A stretch of 64,000 nucleotides of DNA from an uncultured delta proteobacterium (GTDB taxonomy: Bacteria > Desulfobacterota > Desulfuromonadia > Desulfuromonadales > JACZKF01), in NCBI GenBank assembly GCA_963816395.1, contig CAWFKQ010000006.1:64001-128000 (forward strand). The letters are read 5' to 3'. Made by a program: the position numbers and the translations under genes. Within the stretch, counting starts at the first letter, position 1. Each line of letters begins with the position of its first letter. The notes beneath the pieces are model-generated. The model was given only the letters and a program-made list of their open reading frames with translations. It had not been told where the DNA came from and made no database searches. Positions 45,049-58,608 of the stretch are shown here, piece after piece.

Positions 45049-46960
45049 GTACGCAGTAACAGTTGAATATCTAACGGGTTTAAGTCCCGTCCGAGGAGTT
45101 GTCCGTTCGCCTCGGTAGCTCAAGGGAGCGGCGCTCTGGCAACAGGGGGTCGTAAGTTCCCAATTGGCAAAGCAACAGGCCGTAACGCAAGTGAACCTAG
45201 ACGTAGCCTCGTAATTGTGATGAAGATGCCGACCCTGTGGTCAGAAGGGGAAGGCCGTCGTTACAGACTCTGAAAACGGAAACAGTCTGTGTAATCTTCC
45301 GGGGTAGCAGGGGCGGCATGTTGTGGAAGATATTTCAGCCCAGTGCTGGAGACCCGTTGCGGCGATGTTGAGGAACATCAACCGGCGCGTATAAGGCAAC
45401 GAAATCGCGTTGGGCCGTATCGGGAGTCGGAGGGGTCCATAGTACCGTTTGAGGAGCTGGGACAACATAACCCGCTTCGAGGGAAGGGACCCTGCTTTGT
45501 TCACGCAACCGAAGTGCAGAGGAGATGGGGATTGCAGCGATGCTAACAACCCCGGAAACAATCAGGACGCTACAGAGGAAGCTCTATCGCAAGGCCAAGC
45601 AGGAGCCGGCCTGCCGCTTCCACGCCTTGTACGACAAGGTCTACCGGGCTGATATCCTCAGTCACGCCTATGCCCTTGTCCGCGCCAAGAAGGGTAGCGC
45701 CGGCATTGACGGCGTCACCTTCGAAGTCATCGAGGCAAACGAAGGGGTCACCGCATTCATTGCGGAGCTGGAAGAAGCACTGAGAAACAAGACGTACAAA
45801 CCCGATCCCGTCAAACGGGTCATGATACCAAAGAGCGACGGCAGTCAACGTCCTCTCGGTATTCCGACTATCCGGGACCGGGTGGCGCAGATGGCCACAA
45901 AGTTGGTCATCGAGCCGATCTTCGAAGCGGATTTCTGCAAAACATCCTACGGATTCAGACCGAGGAAGTCAGCCCATGACGCAGTCGATGATGTTTCCAA
46001 GGCCATGAACACCGGCTACACCGAAGTCATCGATGCCGATCTTTCTAAATACTTCGACACCATTCCTCACGCCAATCTCATGACCGTGGTCGCCGAACGC
46101 ATCTGCGACGGCGCGATCCTGCACTTGATCCAGATGTGGCTCAAGGCGCCGGTTATGGAGGAGGACAAGGACGGGACGAAGCGGAATATCGGCGGCGGCA
46201 AGGGTAACTGCAGAGGGACGCCGCAGGGCGGGGTCATCTCACCGTTGCTGTCCAATCTCTACCTGCACCTACTGGACAGGATATGGGAGCGGAAGAACCT
46301 GCAACAACGGCTGGGCGCCCGCATCGTCAGATATGCGGACGATATTGTCATTCTCTGCCGGCGAAGTAAGTCCGAGCAGGCCATGGCGGTTTTGCGGCAA
46401 ATACTGGAGCGATTGGAACTAACCCTGAACGAGGCAAAGACCAAAATAGTCAATGCTTACAAGGGACAGTTCGACTTTCTCGGATTCACGATGTGGATGG
46501 GAAAAAGCAGAAGGACGGGCAATTACTACTCGCACGTCCAGCCGTCGAAAAAGTCCCTGAAGGCGATCGCGGGCCGCGTAACTGAACTCACAAAGAGAGT
46601 GAAAGCGCCCGTGCCGATTGAGAGGATTGTGAAGGAAGTAAATGCAGCCGTTCGCGGTTGGGTCGGTTACTTTCATTTCAAAAATTGTAGCAAGACGCTA
46701 TCTCATGTGCGACAGCACGTGGAAGAGCGGCTACGAACACACCTTCGCAAGCGGCACAAGATCAAAGGCAGGGGGGCCGGGTTTGCCCGGTTCGGCAGCC
46801 GAATCCTCTACGAGAATTACGGGTTGTATAAGGTGCCGACAACAGCGGGTTGGACAAGGGCGCATGCCCTGCGGTGAAGAACATCGGAAAGCCGTGTGCG
46901 GGAGAACCGCATGCACGGTTTGATGAGGGGGGGCAGGGTGACACCTGTTCTCTACTCTAC
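45049..46960 (+). mobile_element. group II intron (IIB-like, AGC triad), 1912 bp
   Basis: 5' end GTACG, domain V aagccgtgtgcgggagaaccgcatgcacggttt, domain VI ending ...ctctactctAC at 46960; excision restores the 29-bp repeat. Confidence 0.92.
45525..46877 (+). CDS. ltrA: group II intron reverse transcriptase/maturase lacking an endonuclease domain
   Basis: GSAGIDG, RPLGIPTIRDR, SYGFRP, DADLSKYFD, GTPQGGVISPLLSNLYL, YADD, FDFLGF, maturase GWVGYF. Confidence 0.95.
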   Translation: MGIAAMLTTPETIRTLQRKLYRKAKQEPACRFHALYDKVYRADILSHAYALVRAKKGSAGIDGVTFEVIEANEGVTAFIAELEEALRNKTYKPDPVKRVMIPKSDGSQRPLGIPTIRDRVAQMATKLVIEPIFEADFCKTSYGFRPRKSAHDAVDDVSKAMNTGYTEVIDADLSKYFDTIPHANLMTVVAERICDGAILHLIQMWLKAPVMEEDKDGTKRNIGGGKGNCRGTPQGGVISPLLSNLYLHLLDRIWERKNLQQRLGARIVRYADDIVILCRRSKSEQAMAVLRQILERLELTLNEAKTKIVNAYKGQFDFLGFTMWMGKSRRTGNYYSHVQPSKKSLKAIAGRVTELTKRVKAPVPIERIVKEVNAAVRGWVGYFHFKNCSKTLSHVRQHVEERLRTHLRKRHKIKGRGAGFARFGSRILYENYGLYKVPTTAGWTRAHALR

Positions 46961-47076
46961 CCTTTGGGCCCATGCAGAATTGACACAATTTCCGTGCTTC
47001 GGATAGTATTCAAGTCAGTAATACAAAAAGGAGCACCGGTCAGCGAGGTGCTCGGGATGGAGGGAAAAACCTGCCG

Positions 47077-47728
47077 ATGATTCTTCGCCCGTCTTGAAAA
47101 CCAACGCGGCTTCACCCTGCTGATGGTGCTGGTGATGATCGTCATTCTCGGCCTGGCCGCCGGCATGGCCGGCTCCACCTGGAAGACGATCATGCAGCGG
47201 GAGCGGGAGGCGGAACTGCTCTTCCGCGGCGACCAGTACCGCCGGGCGCTCGAGAGCTATTTTCGCCAGGGTCACGGCAATGTGTCCTCCGGACCGGTCG
47301 TCACCGGTACCCCGGGGCGGATCGGGTCCGGGCCGGGCGGGGGGAATTATCCCGCTGCCCTGGAGGATCTGGTACGCGACCCCCGTTCGGCAACTGTTGT
47401 GCGGCACCTCCGTAAACTTTACCCGGATCCGTTTACCGGCGAGAACTTCGTGCTGATCAAAGATCCGGCCGGGCGGATTAAGGGGGTGAAGAGCGCCAGC
47501 ACCCTGACGCCGTTCAAGGAGGATGGCTTCGCCAAGGAATACATCGACTTCAAAGGCGCGGCCAGCTACGGCGGCTGGCAGTTCGTCTACGAGCCGGGGC
47601 GGAACCGCTCTCAGAACACCACCGGCGGCACCACCATTCAGGGCCTGCCAGGCCGCAATCCGGCAGGGCAGATGCAGCTTTCCAATCCCTTCCCGGCCAT
47701 CCCCGGCGACGGCAACCCCTCCCAGTAA
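47077..47728 (+). CDS. orphan type II secretion pseudopilin-like protein, 5' frameshift
   Basis: ENQRGFTLLMVLVMIVILG, QREREAELLFRG, YPAALEDL, LRKLYPDPFTG. Confidence 0.75.
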
Positions 47729-47766
47729 GACGCATTCCACCGCACGCTTCCGGTTTTTTTCATTTT

Positions 47767-47780
47767 TTGACCTGCATCAT
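47767..47780. promoter_or_regulatory. CRP/FNR-family binding site
   Basis: TTGACctgcATCAT, close to the FNR consensus TTGAT-N4-ATCAA, upstream of a three-gene operon. Confidence 0.5.
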
Positions 47781-47837
47781 GTTTTAATCGTCGCCCAGCG
47801 GTTATCCTGCGGTCACGATTGAGAAAGGAGAAGCGCC

Positions 47838-48065
47838 ATGAACCTCAAGCATGATCTCGGAAGCCAGGCGATCCAGGATGTCCTGAAAGCCCATCCCCCC
47901 ATCGGGGAGATCCTGTCCAGATTTGAAATCGGTTGCGTCACCTGCGGCGTCGGCATCTGTCTGCTGAAGGACGTGGTTGCCATCCATGCCCTCGGCCAGG
48001 AAGCCGAAGAGAAGATCGAGCAGGAGATCAACGCGTACCTGGAAAGCCTGGAAGAAACCGTTTAA
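47838..48065 (+). CDS. small DUF1858-like CxxC protein
   Basis: IQDVLKAHP...IGCVTC...IHAL; AGGAG RBS. Confidence 0.75.
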   Translation: MNLKHDLGSQAIQDVLKAHPPIGEILSRFEIGCVTCGVGICLLKDVVAIHALGQEAEEKIEQEINAYLESLEETV

Positions 48066-48105
48066 CGATAAAAAACCATTAGAAACCAACAGAAGGAGAT
48101 ACGTT

Positions 48106-48564
48106 ATGAAAGATCACGCCTGCGCCTGCCCCGGTGCCCAAGTGCGAATCATCGAGAAGAAGGAAAACACCGAAACAGCCGCGACCGGCCGGATCGAGTC
48201 CGAACTGCGCCAGTGGCCGACCCAGCTGCAGCTGGTCCCTCCCTTCGCCCCCTGGCTGAAGAATGCGCACCTGCTGGTCGCCGCCGACTGCACCCCGTTT
48301 GCCTATGCCGAGTTCCACCGCGATTTCATCAAGGGGCGGGTGCTGGTCAATGCCTGCCCGAAACTGGACGACACCACCCCGTATGTCGAGAAGCTGACCC
48401 AGATCCTGCAGCAGAACGAGATTCAATCGCTGACGGTGGCGATCATGGAGGTCCCTTGCTGCCGCGGCTTGGCGATGATGGCCCAGCGGGCCTTCGAGGC
48501 CTCGGGGAAGGAGATCCCCTTCGAGATCGCCGTGATCGGCGTCGATGGGGCGCGGAGAAGCTGA
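48106..48564 (+). CDS. Cys-rich iron-sulfur-associated protein
   Basis: CACPG, SELRQWPTQL, LLVAADC, ACPKLD, MEVPCC; AGGAG RBS. Confidence 0.8.
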   Translation: MKDHACACPGAQVRIIEKKENTETAATGRIESELRQWPTQLQLVPPFAPWLKNAHLLVAADCTPFAYAEFHRDFIKGRVLVNACPKLDDTTPYVEKLTQILQQNEIQSLTVAIMEVPCCRGLAMMAQRAFEASGKEIPFEIAVIGVDGARRS

Positions 48565-48606
48565 TCACGCGTAACTGTTCAGTTCAGAGGAACGGGAAGG
48601 CTTCTT

Positions 48607-48697
48607 AACGCAAAGGGCGCAAAGAAGAACGAAGGCGCAAAGAAACCGAAGCCGAATTCTGATGTTCTTGATTTCAACCTTTGCGCCTTTGCGTTGA
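48607..48697. repeat. gcgcaaag / ctttgcgc inverted repeat element
   Basis: aacgcaaagggcgcaaag...ggcgcaaag ... ctttgcgcctttgcgtt. Confidence 0.65.
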
Positions 48698-48725
48698 AGA
48701 TTTAAGCCTTTGAAAGGAGCGAAAA

Positions 48726-49281
48726 ATGAAAACGGACGTCACCGCCCTGATGGTGGAGGAACACAAGCTGATTCTGCGCATGATCGCCGTGCTGGAAAAG
48801 AATACTGCCCTGATGGAGGCGGGACGCTTTCGCGACTGGGGCTTTTTCCTCGATGCGGTCGATTTCATCCGCAACTACGCAGACCACTTCCATCACGCCA
48901 AGGAGGAGGACGTCCTGTTCAAGGCGCTGGTGGCGAATGGGATGCCGGAGCAGAACTCCCCGGTTGCGGCGATGCTGATGGCGCATGACCAGGGACGGGC
49001 TTTTGTCTGGGGGATGGAGGAAGCGGCCCAGAAGGCCGCTGGACGGCGAACCCGGGCAGGCGGCGGCAATCGCCGAAAACGCCCGCGGCTACATCAACCT
49101 GCTGCGCGATCATATCGACAAGGAAGACAATATTCTGTACAAGCTGGCCGAACGGGTTCTGCCCGAGGAAGTGCGCCCGGCAATGGTTGAGGCCTATCGG
49201 GCGGCCGAGGCGAAAACCTCGGAATTGGGGGAGAAATACCATCGGCTGGTCGAGGCCTACGAGGCGAAGACGGCGGCCTAG
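48726..49281 (+). CDS. hemerythrin-domain protein, frameshifted near 49035
   Basis: EEHKLI, DHFHHAKEEDVLF, AHDQGR, HIDKEDNILY. Confidence 0.88.
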
Positions 49282-49300
49282 GCGGCTCGTCCTCATTCAG

Positions 49301-49352
49301 GCAAGATGCAAAAAACCCCCGGTGACCGGCCGGGGGTTTTTTGCATCTTTGC
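49301..49352. terminator. bidirectional intrinsic terminator
   Basis: aagatgcaaaaaacccccgg-tgaccgg-ccgggggttttttgcatctt between convergent genes. Confidence 0.85.
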
Positions 49353-49362
49353 CGGCGGGGGT

Positions 49363-50199
49363 TTACTCGATGGTGCAGATCGCGTCCGCCCGGCGCACCA
49401 GCAGGGCGACCGTCTCGAAGACGCGGAAGATATGGTTCATGTTTTCCGAGGCGGTGTAGGATGTCACCAGATCCTGTCCCACCGCCAGGTTGAGGTTCTG
49501 CATGCCGGTGGCGACTACCACCGCCTTGTTGTCCCGGATGGCGGCCGAGGGATAGATCGGGCCGCGCAGCAGCGCCTTGACCTGGTCGAGTTCCAGCATG
49601 CCGGTGTTGCCGTAGACGCGTACCGTCTGCCCGTACAGGAAAGGGCTGACCGCCATGGCGTAGGGACCGTAATGGCCGGCGGTGGTCAGGGCGTTCACCG
49701 CCTTGACGGCGTCCGCGAGCGGCCCCCCGCCTTCCTGCCAATCGCCGATCCCCACGGTCAGCCGCCCCTCGACGGTCAGCAGCCCTTTCTGCCCCAGATC
49801 GCCGTGGCCGTTGAAGACAAGCTCGTCCTCCTTGACCGCTACGTCGGCGGCGGCTACCGCCGCGGTGCTGACGTCGAGTGGGATGCCCAGGTGCCGGTCG
49901 GCTTCGACGTCCCGCCAGAAGATTTTAAAATCCTTGAAGATAATCGGCATGTTGACGGTGATGCGGCGGTCCGCCTGAACGACCAGGTCGTCCCGGTCAC
50001 CGATCATGTCGATCCCGACCTCCTTGCGCCCGCTGAAGACGGCATGCGGCATGCTGTAGACCCCGGGTCCGAGAGGACCGAGGACCTCAATCATCTTGCG
50101 CCCCACCAGCATGGTGCGGGCGGTCTTCACCACCGCCTCGTCGATACGCTCCCATTCCTCTCCGGTCAGCGGGGCCGATTTCCTGTCGAGTATATCCAT
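49363..50199 (-). CDS. family 1 encapsulin shell protein (Linocin M18-like)
   Basis: MDILDRKSAPLTGEEWERID, GRKMIEVLGPLG, EDELVFNG, GPYAM, LAVGQD; 278 aa. Confidence 0.92.
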   Translation of the reverse strand: MDILDRKSAPLTGEEWERIDEAVVKTARTMLVGRKMIEVLGPLGPGVYSMPHAVFSGRKEVGIDMIGDRDDLVVQADRRITVNMPIIFKDFKIFWRDVEADRHLGIPLDVSTAAVAAADVAVKEDELVFNGHGDLGQKGLLTVEGRLTVGIGDWQEGGGPLADAVKAVNALTTAGHYGPYAMAVSPFLYGQTVRVYGNTGMLELDQVKALLRGPIYPSAAIRDNKAVVVATGMQNLNLAVGQDLVTSYTASENMNHIFRVFETVALLVRRADAICTIE

Positions 50200-50222
50200 A
50201 AACCCTCCTTCGTGCAGGTTGT

Positions 50223-50630
50223 TCAAACCTCCTGATCGCGGCGGAACAGATCGCCCACCGTTGGTGCCGAGGCTGGCTCTCCGGTTTCCCCGGCCTCGCC
50301 GGCTCCGTTTCCGATTCGGCAGACCCTCCACCGAGTTTGGCCATCATCTCCCGCACTTCTTGTTCCCCCTCGGCGTAAAAAGCGTTCTCCTCGGGAGCCA
50401 GTGTCTTGAGCAGGGTCAGGAATTCGCCGGCATGCACCAGTTCCTCGTCGGCGATGTCCTTGAGCACCGACCTGGGCGATCTCATTGTCGATCGACTCCG
50501 CCAACTGCATGTAAAGCTGGACCGCCTCGTATTCGGCCGCAACCATGTAGCGGATGGCCCGGACCAGCTCTCCCTGCGTCAGCTTGCGGGAAGCAGCCAG
50601 CCCGGAAAAGGCGTTTGCGAATTCAGGCAT
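50223..50630 (-). CDS. ferritin-like encapsulin cargo protein with C-terminal targeting peptide, frameshifted
   Basis: RAIRYMVAAEYEAVQLY...LKDIADEELVHAGEF; C-terminal PTVGDL. Confidence 0.85.
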   Translation of the reverse strand: MPEFANAFSGLAASRKLTQGELVRAIRYMVAAEYEAVQLYMQLAESIDNEIAQVGAQGHRRRGTGACRRIPDPAQDTGSRGERFLRRGGTRSAGDDGQTRWRVCRIGNGAGEAGETGEPASAPTVGDLFRRDQEV

Positions 50631-50893
50631 AAAATCTCCTCCTTTGCAACATGTCACCGGAAGTTGTTCTCCGGCGCGTTCCTTCCATTGGTGGCTCACG
50701 TACAAAAAGATATCAGCCATTTGCAGGGATACAACCGGTGGCGGGAGGAATTGGGTGGTTTGCGGAGGGTATTTCAATCTCCAGCCTGGAATTTGTCCGG
50801 CTGGCATTTTTCGGCTAAACTCCAGTCAGGTAGTGAGTAGCCGGAATTACTACCTCACTATCTTACTACTCACTCGGGGTTACGGAGGTGTGA

Positions 50894-51394
50894 TTGGAAC
50901 TCTATCTCATGCGGCATGGGCAGGCGATGCCCGGATCGGAGAATCCGGAGCAGCCGTTAAGTCGGGAGGGAGTGGCGCAGATCCAGGCTTCGGCGGCAGC
51001 GATGAAGCGGCTGGGAATAACTCTCGATGCGATCGTCTGCAGTCCGAAGCGGCGTTCGCACCAGACCGCGGCGCTGGTCTCGGAAGGGGTGAATTACCCC
51101 TACAGCGATATCATCCAGAGCGAGACGGTGCTGCCGACTGCCCCGGCCGGTGAAGCGATCGCTTTCCTGCGCCAGTTTCGGGAAAGCAGGGCGGTACTGA
51201 TCGCCGGCCACCTGCCTTCGCTCGGCGAAATCGCTTCGGCCTTGCTTGCCGGCGGGGCGCCGGCGCAGGTCAAAATCCATTTCGACAACGGCAGCCTCTG
51301 TCGCCTTGATCTCCCTGATCCGTCAGTTCCAATGGCGGAGCTGCGCTATCATTTCCCGGCGGCGCAGATGCGCCTGATCGCAGAAAGGGGCTGA
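50894..51394 (+). CDS. sixA: phosphohistidine phosphatase
   Basis: LYLMRHG, SPKRRSHQTA, AGHLPSL. Confidence 0.85.
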   Translation: MELYLMRHGQAMPGSENPEQPLSREGVAQIQASAAAMKRLGITLDAIVCSPKRRSHQTAALVSEGVNYPYSDIIQSETVLPTAPAGEAIAFLRQFRESRAVLIAGHLPSLGEIASALLAGGAPAQVKIHFDNGSLCRLDLPDPSVPMAELRYHFPAAQMRLIAERG

Positions 51395-51669
51395 CGGACA
51401 GCCGATAATCGGCGCGGGCGTCCGGCAGCGTTGACAGGTCACGATGGCCGGTGATAGGCTGCCAGGATTAAAACAATTCCGGGCCAAAGGAGGAACTCAG
51501 AGATGGACCAGCTGCGGATTCTCCTCGCTACGGCTCGGAAGCGCATCTGCCGCGGCGCCCTTTCCGATCGACCCAAGCCTCTTGCCACGTCCCCTGCCGG
51601 CCGACATTGCCCATCTTCCGCTCCACTTCGCCCAGGTAGTTTTCAATTTGCAGCGCACGATCTTGTGCC

Positions 51670-52419
51670 ATGAATGTCCACCTTTCCGACGCCATTATCC
51701 TGCGCCATTTCGATTATGGCGAGTCGGACCGCATCGTCACTTTCCTCACTCCGGATCAGGGGCGGCTGAAAGGGTTCGCCCGCGGCGCCCGCAACAGCCG
51801 GCGCCGATTCGGCCCGGCCCTTGAGCCTTTTGCCCGGGTGCGCCTGCACTGGAGCCTCGGCCGCGGTGAGCTGGTCACCCTCAAAGAGGCCGAACTGCTC
51901 GATCTGCGGGCCGGGCTGCGCGCCGACCTGGCGGCGATCGCCCTGGCCGGTTACGGCTGCGAACTGGTGGAGGAGCTTCTCGGGGAGGCGCACGGGCATC
52001 CGGGAGCCTTTGCCCTGCTGGAGGCCTTTCTCGACCATCTGACCGTGCACGGGGCAGCGCCCGAGGCCCGCCTGCTGTTCGAACTGCGCCTGTTGCAGGA
52101 GGCGGGCTACCTTCCGCACCTGCTGCACTGTGCCGAATGCGGGGTGACTCCTCCGCGACCCGGAAGCCGCTTTCGACCCGGTCCGCGGCGGCAGTCTCTG
52201 CCCCGCCTGCGCCGGCGTCGCCCGGCGCCTCTCCCTGGGCACCCTGGGGAGCCTGGCCCGACTGCTGCGGGCGCCGGCCACAGCCTTCGACGGGGTCCGA
52301 TTGGGGGAACGCACGCTCGGGGAAGGCGGAACGGCCCTGTCGGCCGCCCTGCGCCAGCATCTGTCGCGCCCTCTGCGCAGCCTGCCGTTTCTCGATCAGG
52401 TGATGGAGAGAAGCTATAA
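51670..52419 (+). CDS. recO: DNA repair protein RecO, frameshifted near 52155
   Basis: DYGESDRIVTFLT, GARNSRRRFG, FELRLL..GYLP.L.HCAEC; upstream of glyQ. Confidence 0.92.
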   Translation: MNVHLSDAIILRHFDYGESDRIVTFLTPDQGRLKGFARGARNSRRRFGPALEPFARVRLHWSLGRGELVTLKEAELLDLRAGLRADLAAIALAGYGCELVEELLGEAHGHPGAFALLEAFLDHLTVHGAAPEARLLFELRLLQEAGYLPHLLHCAECGVTPPRPGSRFRPGPRRQSLPRLRRRRPAPLPGHPGEPGPTAAGAGHSLRRGPIGGTHARGRRNGPVGRPAPASVAPSAQPAVSRSGDGEKL

Positions 52420-52582
52420 GCTGTAAGCGGTTATCGGGGCTTTTGAACCACGCTTTTTAGTCGTGCAGAAGCTTGACAGTCAGGCCTCTGCAGGCTAAGA
52501 TCGAGACTTTTTATAATTGTATACTGTATACTTTCGACCGGCTTCGGGCCGTGACGGAGGTTTACCCCCGGACGGAGGCACT

Positions 52583-53546
<964 letters not shown>

Positions 53547-53557
<11 letters not shown>

Positions 53558-55616
53558 ACTGTTCCTGGAAATTGGCACCGAAGAGATCCCCGCCGGTTTT
53601 CTGCCACCCGCCATGGCAGATCTGGAGCGGCTGCTGCGCCGCGAACTGGAGAACGCCCGCATCCGCTTCGAGAACGTGCGCACCTTCGCCACCCCGCGGC
53701 GGCTGGCGGCGGCGGTCAGCGGAGTTGCCGCCGAGCAGGAGCGGCAGGAGCTGACGACGGCCGGCCCCTCGGTCAAGGTCGCCTTCGATGCCCAGGGGAA
53801 TCCGACCAAGGCCGCTCTCGGCTTTGCCCGCGCCAACGGCGTCGAGGTCGCCGACCTCTCCACCATGGAAACCGACAAGGGGGCCTATCTTTTCATCTCC
53901 AAGGTCCTGGAGGGGCGCCCCACCGCCGATCTGCTGCCGGAGATCCTGCCCCGGGTGCTCGCCGCCATTCCCTTTCGCAAATCGATGCGCTGGAAGGACC
54001 TGGACGTCCGTTTCGCCCGCCCCATCCACTGGCTCGTCGCCCTTTTCGACGGCATCGTCGTCCCCTTCTCCTTCGGCAACCTGCAGAGCGGCAATCTCTC
54101 CCGCGGCCATCGCTTCATGGCGCCGGCGCCTTTCCCGGTCCAGGGGGTGGAGAACTGGATCGAGGAGTGCGAGCGTCGCTTCGTCATCCCCGACCCGAAA
54201 AAGCGGCAGGAGATCATCGCCCGCGAAGTCGAGCGGGTGGCCCATGCCGCCGGCGGCAGGGTGAATGACGACCCGGAGCTGCTGGCGCAGGTCTCCTTCC
54301 TGGTCGAGGATCCAACCCCCCTGTGCGGCGCTTTCGAGGAGAAATACCTGGAGCTGCCACGGGAGCTGCTGATCACGACCATGCGCGAGCACCAGCGCTA
54401 TTTTACCCTCGCCGGTCCGGATGGGAACCTGCTGCCGCGCTTCATCACCATCTCCAATACCCGCGCCGAAGATCCGGCGGTGGTGGTGCGGGGGAACGAG
54501 CGGGTACTGCGGGCGCGCCTGTCCGATGCCATGTTCTTCTGGGCCGAGGACCGCAAAATGAAGCTGGAGAGCCGCCTGGAGGCGTTGAAGCAGGTCGTCT
54601 ACCAGGCGAAGCTGGGCACCAGCTACGAGAAGGTGATGCGCTTCCGCCAGCTCGCCGTCGGCCTGGCCGGGCAGCTCGACCCGTCGGTTCGGGACGTGGT
54701 CGACCGGGCGGCGCTCCTGGCCAAGTGCGATCTGGAGACCGGGATGGTTTACGAGTTTCCGGAACTGCAGGGGGTGATGGGGCGCGAATACGCCCGCCTG
54801 GAAGGGGAAGACGAGCGGGTGGCCAAGGCCATCTACGAACACTACCTGCCGACCCAGGCAGGCGGGGAACTGCCTTCCGACAACGTCGGCGCCTTCGTCT
54901 CCATTGCCGACAAGATCGACACCATCTGCGGCTGCTTCGGGGTCGGCCTGATCCCCACCGGCACCGCCGATCCCTACGCCCTGCGCCGCAGCGCCATCGG
55001 CATCCTCAATATCCTCCTTGACCGCGGCTTGCGGCTCTCCCTGCCGGAGTTGGTCGACCGCAGCCTGTCCCTGCTGGCGGCCAAGCTCACCCGGCCGCTC
55101 GCCGAGGTGCGGGCGGAGGTGGTGGAGTTCTTCCGCGGCCGTTTCTTCCACATGCTCACCGCCCAGGAATGGCCGCAGGACGTGGTCGAAGCGGTGCTCG
55201 CCGCCGCCTTCAGCGATCCTCTCGATGCCCTGGCGCGGGTGCGGGCGCTGGCCGAGCTCAAGGGTCAGGAAAATTTCGAGCCGCTGGCGGTTGCATTTAA
55301 AAGGATAGTCAATATCATTAAGGACGGCCTGGATCGGCCGGTCGACCCGACCCTCTTTCAGTCCCCATGCGAACAGGAACTGTACGGGGCGCTGCAGAAG
55401 GTGCAGGGCGAGGTCGAGGCGCAGGTTGGGCGCGGCGATTATGCGACGGCCCTGCAGGCCATCGCCACCTTGCGGGGGCCGGTGGACGCCTTTTTCGATG
55501 GGGTGATGGTGATGGCAAAGGAAGAGTCGGTGCGACAGAACCGCCTGGCCCTGCTGACCGCCGTTGCGCGGCTGTTCCGGGGGATCGCCGATTTCGCCCG
55601 GATCGCCGAAGTCTAG
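53547..55616 (+). CDS. glyS: glycine--tRNA ligase beta subunit
   Basis: [46 protein letters not shown]. Confidence 0.97.
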
Positions 55617-55804
55617 CCTGGCACCGGGAAGGCAGAGGACGCCTGTTCGCAGGTGTCCGCGAGGGGATTTCGGCCGGCCCGTTCGACGCCAGCCGGTAAA
55701 TTTTGGGTGTTTTATTCACTTTACTAAAAAAGCTGGAGGAAGATTTAATGGCAATCAAGGCAGAGAAGGAGAGGCTCAAGGTCGTCAAAGAGGAGGAGAC
55801 CGCG

Positions 55805-58468
<2,664 letters not shown>

Positions 58469-58506
58469 GGCGCAGCACCCCCAAGCCCAACTGTGTGTGG
58501 CATGCA

Positions 58507-58537
58507 AGCCCCCGGGGTTTCCCCGGGGGCTTTTTTT
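58507..58537 (+). terminator. intrinsic terminator
   Basis: aagcccccgggg-ttt-ccccgggggctttttt. Confidence 0.85.
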
Positions 58538-58608
58538 AATGAGATTGACCGAGGCGTTGAAAGCAGGTAATCTTTACTATAACGCTATTCAATTACGAAG
58601 GGCTGACC

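Noticed and set aside
45049..46960. Class IIC intron inserting after a hairpin, or a retron/DGR/defence RT
   Set aside because: Domain V has an AGC triad and full length rather than the CGC short form. The RT has a maturase domain and flanking ribozyme domains, and there are no TR/VR repeats or effector gene.
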